A DNA stretch of 64,000 bases from an uncultured Methanoregulaceae archaeon (GTDB lineage: Archaea > Halobacteriota > Methanomicrobia > Methanomicrobiales > Methanospirillaceae): the NCBI GenBank assembly GCA_963841015.1, contig CAWJAX010000005.1, positions 533,855 to 597,854 on the forward strand. The letters are read 5' to 3'. The notes below the pieces were generated by a model, which worked only from the letters and a program-made list of their open reading frames with translations, ran no database searches and was not told the DNA's origin. Below, piece by piece: positions 56,089 to 64,000 of this stretch. The translations under genes were made by a program, and so were the position numbers. Positions within the stretch are counted from its first letter, which is position 1. Each line of letters opens with the position of its first letter.

Positions 56089-56804
56089 ACCAGCCGCCAT
56101 GCGCCATCGTAGTGATGGCAAAACAGCCGGAGCCCGGTAAGGTCAAGACCCGGCTCTGTCCCCCACTGAGCCCAAAACAGGCCGCGGATCTCTACACAGC
56201 GTTTTTTACTGACACCCTTTCTCTGGTTGCCGGAATTGAACACACCGATTTATTCGTTGCATATGATCCTGACACAGCCCTGGACTTCTTCACCCGGATA
56301 TGTTCTCCTTCCATGGAATGCATTCATCAGGGTCCGGGTGATCTCGGAGACCGGCTCCTGAGGATATCCCGGAGAATGTTTGTCCTTGGATACCGGAAAC
56401 TCATCATCCTTGCAAGCGATACCCCCCATCTCCCGCGGGATGTTATCAGGAGTGCAATCGCACGGCTGGATGAGATTGATGTGGTGCTCGGGCCATGCGA
56501 TGACGGGGGGTATTACCTGATAGGATTACGTTTCTGTGCACCGGCGCTGTTTGTGGGAATTCCCTGGAGCACATCCCAGGTACTGGACCGGACATTACAA
56601 CGTGCTCAGGAAGCGGGAATGACCTGGGAGCTGCTGTCACCAGGTTATGATATTGATACGTGGAAAGATGCAGAGAGGCTGAGTAAGGATCTGATTGGCA
56701 ACGCTGCCGGTGATTCAGACAGGTGTCTGAGGACAAAAAAAGCACTCAGGAACCTGGTTCCTCTCCTCTTTGTGACCGGGGAAAAAATGGCGGATGAGAA
56801 ATAA
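56061..56804 (+). CDS. TIGR04282/DUF2064-like transferase (CofC-like fold)
   Basis: MAKQPEPGKVKTRL, QG.GDLG.RL, SDTP, VLGP.DDGGYYLIG, IPWST, DIDT. Confidence 0.88.
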   Translation: MDCTQDRDLNQPPCAIVVMAKQPEPGKVKTRLCPPLSPKQAADLYTAFFTDTLSLVAGIEHTDLFVAYDPDTALDFFTRICSPSMECIHQGPGDLGDRLLRISRRMFVLGYRKLIILASDTPHLPRDVIRSAIARLDEIDVVLGPCDDGGYYLIGLRFCAPALFVGIPWSTSQVLDRTLQRAQEAGMTWELLSPGYDIDTWKDAERLSKDLIGNAAGDSDRCLRTKKALRNLVPLLFVTGEKMADEK

Positions 56805-56850
56805 AATCTGCGTATGTCTGCTCGGAGAATCTTGCCAAAAGACAAGGTGC

Positions 56851-57297
56851 TTACCATAATTGCACCCGGTCCAGTTCCGAGGCGATGAAGGATCGGAGGG
56901 CACCACCTTCATTTGGATCAACGACCCTGTTCTTTAGCTCCTGAATCGCACCATAACTCCTGATGGTCGCCAATGCTACAACAGAACGTTTCCGGATTTC
57001 ATACAATTCTCTCTTATCCATGAGGCGTTCAATCAGAACTTCAACCGACCTGCCGCTTCTCAGATTTTGCAACCCTTCGATTGCATGGAGCCTGATCTCC
57101 GGATTCCGATCCCGGCAGCAGTCAATCAGCGACTTTACCGCACGAGGGTCCTGGCTGTTACCGAGGACTATCACCGCTGATATCCGCGCTTGTAGATCCC
57201 TGTCATCCAATTTTTTTTCGATGATGTGGGAGATCCCATCCGGTTTTGGCAGGGAATTGACCCGCTCATCGACCATACTATCCGCAATCATACCCAT
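56851..57297 (-). CDS. HEAT-repeat protein
   Basis: Repeated R..A...LG / AV..LI....D....IR..A units. Confidence 0.75.
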   Translation of the reverse strand: MGMIADSMVDERVNSLPKPDGISHIIEKKLDDRDLQARISAVIVLGNSQDPRAVKSLIDCCRDRNPEIRLHAIEGLQNLRSGRSVEVLIERLMDKRELYEIRKRSVVALATIRSYGAIQELKNRVVDPNEGGALRSFIASELDRVQLW

Positions 57298-57577
57298 AAT
57301 TTACCTGAAATTTTAATCAGAATTCAATGCCGGTTCTGTCGTTTACCGACAGAAGATATCCAGATTTTTATCTAATGAAAAGAAGCTGCCGCTTAGTCAG
57401 TGCGGTATGTACCCGTCCTGGTCTGATGGTACCCGGATGTAAAAGATGGTACATTAAATGATATTTTTTCCCGCAATTATAAATAATTAATCATGATAGA
57501 TTCGAGCATTACCGGGTTTGCCCTAAACCACTTTGTTATGCTTTTATCTTCTGCCAACGGCTCCCTGAGAAATGTCT

Positions 57578-58234
57578 TCACCTGTTCACTGGAGTCCCTG
57601 TCCCTGCCGGGTGAGGAATGAACCTGTTTTTCTCGCGGAGCGGGGGTGGGGTGAGCCTGGTTTCAAGACGGGAAAGGCAGAAATCAGCAATAAGGGTAAT
57701 TGCTATGGCGGGGAGGATTCCAATAAGAATTTCGGGAACATAGAACCGTGCCAGCCCTCTGAGAACAATGACTCCAAGACCCCCGCTCCCGATTAATACC
57801 GTAACAATGGCTACCCCGTTGGCGATGATGGAAGAGAACTTAATTCCTGAAAAAATCGCATGCAGGGAAAGGGGAACCCTTACTTTTGTCACCGTCTCGG
57901 TCCAGGAAAGACCGATGCCCGCTGCAGCATCAGCAAGTTCAGGGTCCACCGATGAGATCCCGGCATAGGTGTTCCGGACAATGGGCATCAGGGTGCTGAT
58001 AACAATCACCAGCACCGACGGCATAAAACCGATTCCTGCCAGCGGCACCATAAATGCTACCAGGGCTAATATCGGAATTGCCTGCCCGATCCCCGTGATG
58101 GTAGAGATGATTGCGCCTGCTGTCCGGGAACGGAGCGAGAGCACCGCGAGCGGGATGCCGATTGCTACAGCAATGGCAAGTCCGCTGTAAGCGAGGAGTA
58201 TGTGGACGACGGTCGCTTCCAGGAGTGTGGTCAT
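57578..58234 (-). CDS. Osmoprotectant ABC permease (ProW/OpuBB-like)
   Basis: QAIP.LAL, PIVRNTY.G, IG.GGLG. Confidence 0.88.
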   Translation of the reverse strand: MTTLLEATVVHILLAYSGLAIAVAIGIPLAVLSLRSRTAGAIISTITGIGQAIPILALVAFMVPLAGIGFMPSVLVIVISTLMPIVRNTYAGISSVDPELADAAAGIGLSWTETVTKVRVPLSLHAIFSGIKFSSIIANGVAIVTVLIGSGGLGVIVLRGLARFYVPEILIGILPAIAITLIADFCLSRLETRLTPPPLREKNRFIPHPAGTGTPVNR

Positions 58235-58875
58235 GGTCTCCCTCCGAACCGCACAGAGACGAACCGGCCAAAGCCCCCAGCAATCCCATCCATTCCCACG
58301 GCAAGAAAGGTCACCCAGCACCCGGTTACAAGGATCAGGAGATCGTTTCCCGTTGTGATCCCGGTCTGGAGGGGGGCTCCGAGCCCGCCGGCCCCGATAA
58401 TACCGCCGAGTGTCACAATTCCCATGCAGAAAATTACCGCAATCCGGACACCGGCAGTGATCAGGGGCAGGGCAAGGGGAATCCGTATATGATACAGGGT
58501 ATCTTGTTTGTTCAGGCCGACTGCGGTGGCAGTCTCAATAAGATCAGGATTTACTCCCCGTAAACCTGTAGTGGTATTCCGGGCAACCGGGAGGAGCGAG
58601 TAGAGAACCGCAGCACAAATGGTTGGCGGGAACCCGATGCCAACGAACGGAATGAGGAGAATGAGGAGGGCTATATCGGGAATCATCTCGATAACCGTAA
58701 GGGTGGATAAACCGACCACGCGGATAGGGATCGAAGAAAAGAACAGGATCCCAAGGGCGATACCCGCAACAACGGTGATCAGGAAGGACAGGGCAAACAT
58801 TTCCAGGTGCTGCACGGTCCTGAGTGTCAGGTCATAGGTCTGCCATGTTTCCGCAATCAAAGCCAGTGTATCCAT
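58231..58875 (-). CDS. Osmoprotectant ABC permease
   Basis: YSLLPVARNT..G, IGAGGLG. Confidence 0.88.
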   Translation of the reverse strand: MDTLALIAETWQTYDLTLRTVQHLEMFALSFLITVVAGIALGILFFSSIPIRVVGLSTLTVIEMIPDIALLILLIPFVGIGFPPTICAAVLYSLLPVARNTTTGLRGVNPDLIETATAVGLNKQDTLYHIRIPLALPLITAGVRIAVIFCMGIVTLGGIIGAGGLGAPLQTGITTGNDLLILVTGCWVTFLAVGMDGIAGGFGRFVSVRFGGRP

Positions 58876-58890
58876 ATTCTGTGTGTCCTG

Positions 58891-60020
58891 TTACAACAGC
58901 CGTTTCATAATTTCATCCATTACCAAAAGACCCCGGGTTCCTTCAGGTCCTGAGATAAGAGCGGTAGATGCTCCCTGCCGTTTCATGGCAGATAACGCTT
59001 CATAAGCCATGGCGGACGAATCAAAGACCGGGAGCTTGTGTGCCTGTTCCCCGAGCCGTATATCCTTCCCCCCCGCAGTGAGAAGGTCATGCGGGTAGGC
59101 AATCCCTTCCACTACTCCCTCACGCCCCACGAGGATATAATCCGCATGTGATGCCATCATGACGTCACGGGCATCATCGATGAAAAGATCCCCGTCAAGG
59201 ATGTGGGAAGGATCGATCGGGATCATCATTGCCTTCACCGAGAGGTGGTCCAGATACCGCATCTTCTGCTCTGCGCCGGTTAAGGATGCAACGGCAGAAG
59301 AACCCGGGTTCATAATGAGATCTTCAGGTGTCCCGACCCGGATCAGTTTACCTTCTGCAACGACACCCACCCGATCGCCCAGACGGAAGGCTTCTTCAAC
59401 ATCATGGGTTACAAAAAGGATGGTCTTGTTCAGCTGTTTTCGTATCCCCAGGAACTCCTGCTGGAGCTGGTGGCGAAGCACCGGGTCAAGTGCACCAAAG
59501 GGCTCATCCATAAGGAGCAGTGGAGGATCCATGGCCAGGGAGCGGGCAAGGCCTACCCGCTGCTGCTGGCCACCGGAGAGTTCCCGGGGATAGCGATCCA
59601 TGAAAAGTTCAGGAGAGAGTTTGACGAGGGAAAGAAGGTGCCTGATCCTCTCCTGCAGAAGGCCTCCGGACATTCCTGCCAGTGTCGGTACAAGTCCAAT
59701 GTTGCCCGAAACGGTCAGGTGGGGAAAAAGACCGATATGCTGGATAACATACCCGATATTACGCCGCAAATCTACCGGGTCAAGGAGGGTGATATCGTTA
59801 TCATTGATAAGAATCCTTCCTTCATCGGGCTCCACGAGACGGTTGACCATCCTGAGCATGGTTGTCTTGCCGCTTCCGGAAGGGCCGATCAGAACAAAAA
59901 GCTCACCACGATTGATTTCCAGATCGAGATGGTCTACTGCAGTAATTGAACCATACCGTTTGGTAACACTCTCGAACCTGATATTCGCAGTCCCCTGGTT
60001 GTCTATGGATAGGGGTGGAA
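58891..60020 (-). CDS. Osmoprotectant ABC ATPase with CBS domains (start uncertain)
   Basis: GPSGSGKTT, GYVIQHIGLFPH, MDEPFGALD. Confidence 0.9.
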
Positions 60021-60031
60021 CGATATCCCTC

Positions 60032-60928
60032 CTACTTCGTGAGCAGTCCGCGGGAGACCAGGTAATCCCGTGCAATGAGTTTCGGGTCCTCTTTGTCCAC
60101 GTCAAACCGGCTGTTGAGCTCACGCATGGTTGCTGCGTCGATCCCATCGATAAGGGGCGAAAGGGCGGCTAAGAGCTTACCATCCTTTGCCCGGTCCCCG
60201 TTCACCAGCAGGATGGCATGATACGGGGGCATGGCATACAGGTCATCATCCAGCGGTGTCAGGTTGAAGAGGCTAATCCGTGAATCGGTCGAATACGCTA
60301 CGATCGCATCAACCTTGCCGGACTCGAGTGCTATAAAGGTGAGTGCCGGGTCCATGGACCTGACCTCCCCAAAAGAGAAATTATACACCTTCTCCACGTG
60401 GGGAAGACCGTCTTCTTCTGCAGCATGGAAGACCAGGTCACTGCCAAACACTATATCTTTGGCATACGGGGCAAGATCGCTTATCTTACTGACGTTTCTT
60501 TGGGCAGCCCAGGATGAGGGCACTACGATGACATTATCATTCCGGAAGCCTGCCCTTCCAGCCAGCAGGATGCCATCTCTGGCCAGGCCTTTTTCCACGA
60601 TAGAATACACCTCGTCGGGAGCCCACCGGTCAACGGGTGCACGATCGGGAAGCTGGTAGTAGACGGAACTGGTGTAATCGATATACATGTCTACCTGGCC
60701 GGATTTTACCGCCTCATAGAGGGCAGCGTTGTTCATGCCGGACCGGATCTCCGTGGGATAACCCCCTTTTTCGAGCAGGAGCGCTGTCATCTCACCGAGT
60801 ATGTACTGCTCATTGAACGGCATCACGCCAATCACCACGGTTTTTGGACCTGGTGGAATCACCTGACTGCATCCGGCAGTCATCATACTCAGCGCGATCA
60901 AAACACTCATTATGGCCAGGTATCTCAC
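60032..60928 (-). CDS. Glycine betaine/choline-type substrate-binding lipoprotein
   Basis: TAGC lipobox, EQYILG, DMYIDYT, YSTDSRI, PPYHA. Confidence 0.9.
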   Translation of the reverse strand: MRYLAIMSVLIALSMMTAGCSQVIPPGPKTVVIGVMPFNEQYILGEMTALLLEKGGYPTEIRSGMNNAALYEAVKSGQVDMYIDYTSSVYYQLPDRAPVDRWAPDEVYSIVEKGLARDGILLAGRAGFRNDNVIVVPSSWAAQRNVSKISDLAPYAKDIVFGSDLVFHAAEEDGLPHVEKVYNFSFGEVRSMDPALTFIALESGKVDAIVAYSTDSRISLFNLTPLDDDLYAMPPYHAILLVNGDRAKDGKLLAALSPLIDGIDAATMRELNSRFDVDKEDPKLIARDYLVSRGLLTK

Positions 60929-61173
60929 GGGAATCGCTCACGTTGTTGGTTAACCCGGGGCTTTGTTAAGTATTTCGGTAGCTGCCGGGGGTGCTGCCTT
61001 CCTGCTGGTTGCCCGCCGTCTCCGTCCACACAGAGAGTATCTTGGAATGACAGGGTCGGGCTGGAGGGGAGCCCTTTGGGAGCATATTTCGGTTCTCGGA
61101 AAACAAGGGAATGTCCGGTCACTCCAGGAACCGGCAGAAAGAGCCATAAACCCTGCAGGATGAGAGGATACGT

Positions 61174-62523
61174 ATGATCACCCGGGTTGCAGAGGAGCGT
61201 GTCCGGATCCTCAATGGTGCCACGGTCCGGGCCGGCGATTATGTCCTCTACTGGATGCAGTCCTCGCATCGCACGGATGAGAACCCGGCACTACAGTATG
61301 CAATCGAACGGGCGGATCAGGCACATCTCCCGCTCATCGTCTATTTCGGGCTCTGGCAGTCCTACCCGGAAGCCAATCTCCGTCACTTCCGGTTCATGCT
61401 GGAAGGGCTTGCTGTAGTTGCCCGATCGCTTGAGGTAAAGGGAATCCGGTTTGTGCTCAGGACTGAGCCCCCGGACAAAGGAGTCTGTGCCCTTGCGAAG
61501 GACGCAGCAGTCGTAATTGTCGACCGGGGCTACCTGCGGCAGCAGCAATCATGGTACCGTACCGTTGCTGAACAGTGCCGCTGCCCGCTGGTGCAGGTTG
61601 ACGGGAATGTGGTTGTGCCGGTTGAAATGGCATCGCAGAAAGAGGAATATTCGGCAGCCACCTTTCGCCCGAAAATTACCCGCCTGTTTGACAGGTTTCT
61701 GCACCCGGCTGAAACGGGCAGTCCGCAGCGTTCTTCCCTCTCCCTTGACCTTCCCACCCTTGCTGATGAATCAACAGATGCCCTCCTTATACCCCTCAAC
61801 ATTGACCGCACGGTTCCTGCATCGGGATTGTTCACCGGAGGCACAGCAGAAGCGAACCGGCGGTTTGAGCAGTTCCTGAAAAACCGGCTTGACGGGTTTG
61901 CTGATAACCGCAATGATCCCGGTGGCGATGGTGGTTCCGACATGAGCCCTTACCTCCATTTTGGCCAGGTATCGCCGGTTACGCTTGCGCTCCGTGCTCA
62001 TGACCAGGGAGGAAGCGGAACGCCGGCATTTCTTGAAGAATTGATTGTGCGCCGTGAACTTGCCGTGAATTTTGTGCGGTATAATGATCACTACGATACC
62101 TTTGCATCACTTCCTGCATGGGCACAGAAAACGCTGGCACTGCATCAGGCTGATCTGCGGGAGTATCAGTATTCACCTGATGAACTCGAGCAGGCTGCAA
62201 CCCATGATCCGTACTGGAATGCTGCCCAGCAGGAAATGATGAAGACCGGCAAGATGCAGGGCTATATGCGGATGTACTGGGGCAAAAAGATACTTGAATG
62301 GAGCAAAACACCGCAGGACGCTTATTCAGTCGCCCTGCATCTTAATAATAAATATGAGATTGACGGACGGGATCCCAACGGGTACGCCGGAGTTGCATGG
62401 TGCTTTGGTAAACACGATCGCCCCTGGGGTGAGCGTGAGGTATTCGGCATGGTACGATACATGAATGCGCAGGGACTCAGGCGAAAGTTTTCCATGGACA
62501 GTTATATCGAAAAGGTCAGGTAG
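61174..62523 (+). CDS. phr: Class II CPD photolyase
   Basis: YVLYWMQ, SPYLHFGQ, EELIVRREL, YMRMYWGKKILEW, DGRDPNGY. Confidence 0.95.
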   Translation: MITRVAEERVRILNGATVRAGDYVLYWMQSSHRTDENPALQYAIERADQAHLPLIVYFGLWQSYPEANLRHFRFMLEGLAVVARSLEVKGIRFVLRTEPPDKGVCALAKDAAVVIVDRGYLRQQQSWYRTVAEQCRCPLVQVDGNVVVPVEMASQKEEYSAATFRPKITRLFDRFLHPAETGSPQRSSLSLDLPTLADESTDALLIPLNIDRTVPASGLFTGGTAEANRRFEQFLKNRLDGFADNRNDPGGDGGSDMSPYLHFGQVSPVTLALRAHDQGGSGTPAFLEELIVRRELAVNFVRYNDHYDTFASLPAWAQKTLALHQADLREYQYSPDELEQAATHDPYWNAAQQEMMKTGKMQGYMRMYWGKKILEWSKTPQDAYSVALHLNNKYEIDGRDPNGYAGVAWCFGKHDRPWGEREVFGMVRYMNAQGLRRKFSMDSYIEKVR

Positions 62524-62648
62524 GTACGCTGAAAAGACCCGGTGGTTGCATGGTCCCTGCAGAATCCTTTATGCTACCATCACAGCGGTCATGACGAGCA
62601 CAGTACCGTTGCGGATATTTGGCGTTGCTCTTATCTTGGGTCTTTATA

Positions 62649-64000
62649 CTATCCTGAGTTCCTCCCGTGCGGCTTCCGGCGCTTCGTTGGTTTTCCTTCA
62701 CCCGATGAAGACATTGGTACTCCTGAACATGCCCCAATGGAGGTGAGGTAGTGTTCGGCTTTAGCAATGAGCGGGGCCCGTTTCTCTTCCGGCATGCGGG
62801 TAATATAGGTGATGAAGGGCGCCATCCGCACATTATGCTCGAATATGTCCCGGTGGACATACAGGAAACGCCAGTAGAGGGCATCCCAGAGATCGCACCA
62901 CGGACCTTCGTTGAAATTGCTCATCTTCAGCACGTACCGGGAACCCGATATGTAAGGTTTGGAACTCATCAGCCCTCCGTCGGAAAACTGGCTCATGCCG
63001 TAGACATTGGGGACCATGACCCAGTCATATGCATCAATGAAGAGTTCCGAGAACCAGTCATAGACCCGGTCCGGGTGGAATTCGGCAAGGAGCATGATGT
63101 TGCCCAGCACCATGAGGCGCTCAATATGGTGGCAGTAGGCATTATTGAGAACCCGGCGTATCGATGTATCAACGGGTTCAATACCCGTTGAAGCCGTCCA
63201 GAAACAGGGGGGTACCGGATGAACCAGGCCCAGTACGTTTGAGGTCTGTTCTTTTTTTCCGGCGATCAGATAAACCGCCCTGATGAACTCGCGCCAGCCG
63301 ATCATCTGGCGGATAAAACCCTCCAGGGAAGTGATAGGGATCTCGTGCTCCCGTGCATGACTCAGTGCAGCATCCACCACATTCCGAGGGTTCAGGAGCC
63401 CGATATTCAGCAGGGGACTGAGCGCCGAATGGAAAAGAACCGTTTCATCACGGTGAATCGCGTCTTCGTACCGCCCGAACAGTTCCAGCCGGTTCCTGAG
63501 AAAATCGTCAAACCAGCGGTTCGCATCCTCATACGTGACCGGCCAGGAAAATGCGTTGACATCACCATAAGCCCCTGGAAAATGTTCCTGCACGTATCTG
63601 ATCGCTTCGGTTACATACTCGTTCTGAACGGGGTGCCAGACCGGAGGTATGGGGAAATCCTTTGGGAGCGGTTCCCGGTTAAGGGTATCAAACGTCCAGC
63701 GCTTGCCGACCGGTTTTCCATCCTCTTCCAAAAGGATCTTATGGCGTTTTCGCTGTTCGATATAGAATTCTGTGAGGTAGAACCTCCTGTCTTCCTTGTA
63801 AAACTCTTTGAGGTACTCCCGGGTGCACAGGAAGAGGGGACTCTCGTAGGTGACCAGCCGGATTCCGTGGCCGGAACAGGCCTGCTCAATTTGCTCGATC
63901 AGGCCATTTTCCAGCGGATCGCACAAATGGACCTCTGAAACCCCGTTTCCGGCAAGCTTTTCATAGATGTCAGCACTTTTCTCCAGTGCTGCTGTTTCAA
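62649..64000 (-). CDS. Prokaryotic (6-4) photolyase/cryptochrome-family protein, 5' end outside the window
   Basis: W.FD..NR, EGFIRQMIGWREF, HHIERLMV, DAYDWVMVPNVYGM, KPYISGS.Y. Confidence 0.9.
   Translation of the reverse strand, partial: ETAALEKSADIYEKLAGNGVSEVHLCDPLENGLIEQIEQACSGHGIRLVTYESPLFLCTREYLKEFYKEDRRFYLTEFYIEQRKRHKILLEEDGKPVGKRWTFDTLNREPLPKDFPIPPVWHPVQNEYVTEAIRYVQEHFPGAYGDVNAFSWPVTYEDANRWFDDFLRNRLELFGRYEDAIHRDETVLFHSALSPLLNIGLLNPRNVVDAALSHAREHEIPITSLEGFIRQMIGWREFIRAVYLIAGKKEQTSNVLGLVHPVPPCFWTASTGIEPVDTSIRRVLNNAYCHHIERLMVLGNIMLLAEFHPDRVYDWFSELFIDAYDWVMVPNVYGMSQFSDGGLMSSKPYISGSRYVLKMSNFNEGPWCDLWDALYWRFLYVHRDIFEHNVRMAPFITYITRMPEEKRAPLIAKAEHYLTSIGACSGVPMSSSGEGKPTKRRKPHGRNSG

Overview
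Archaeal chromosome segment from a hydrogenotrophic methanogen, most likely Methanomicrobiales (Methanoregula-like; inferred from gene order, the MtrA-MtrG fusion and hdr/mvhD/fwd linkage). The left half is the methanogenesis core: mtrEDCBAF(A-G)H, mcrBDCGA, fwdG-fwdF-hdrCBA-mvhD-fwdDBAC and ftr. At 28.9-36.6 kb an eight-gene operon joins the known coenzyme B chain-elongation genes (aksA/D/E/F) to four genes of unassigned function (Mmp11, a radical SAM enzyme, an IorA-like ThDP enzyme, a Cys-rich protein). These are candidates for the unassigned late steps of coenzyme B synthesis and are my top finding. The right half is accessory: an ABC exporter, katG followed by ahbD/A/B/C heme synthesis, fasciclins, a flavodoxin-like protein, a glycosyltransferase/radical SAM/methyltransferase cluster next to an osmoprotectant ABC importer, and two photolyases. 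Two families of dispersed intergenic repeats and one highly structured intergenic segment are visible. At least a dozen genes, including essential ones, carry single-base frameshifts that are probably assembly indel errors. All family calls come from motif recognition by eye; no database search was run.
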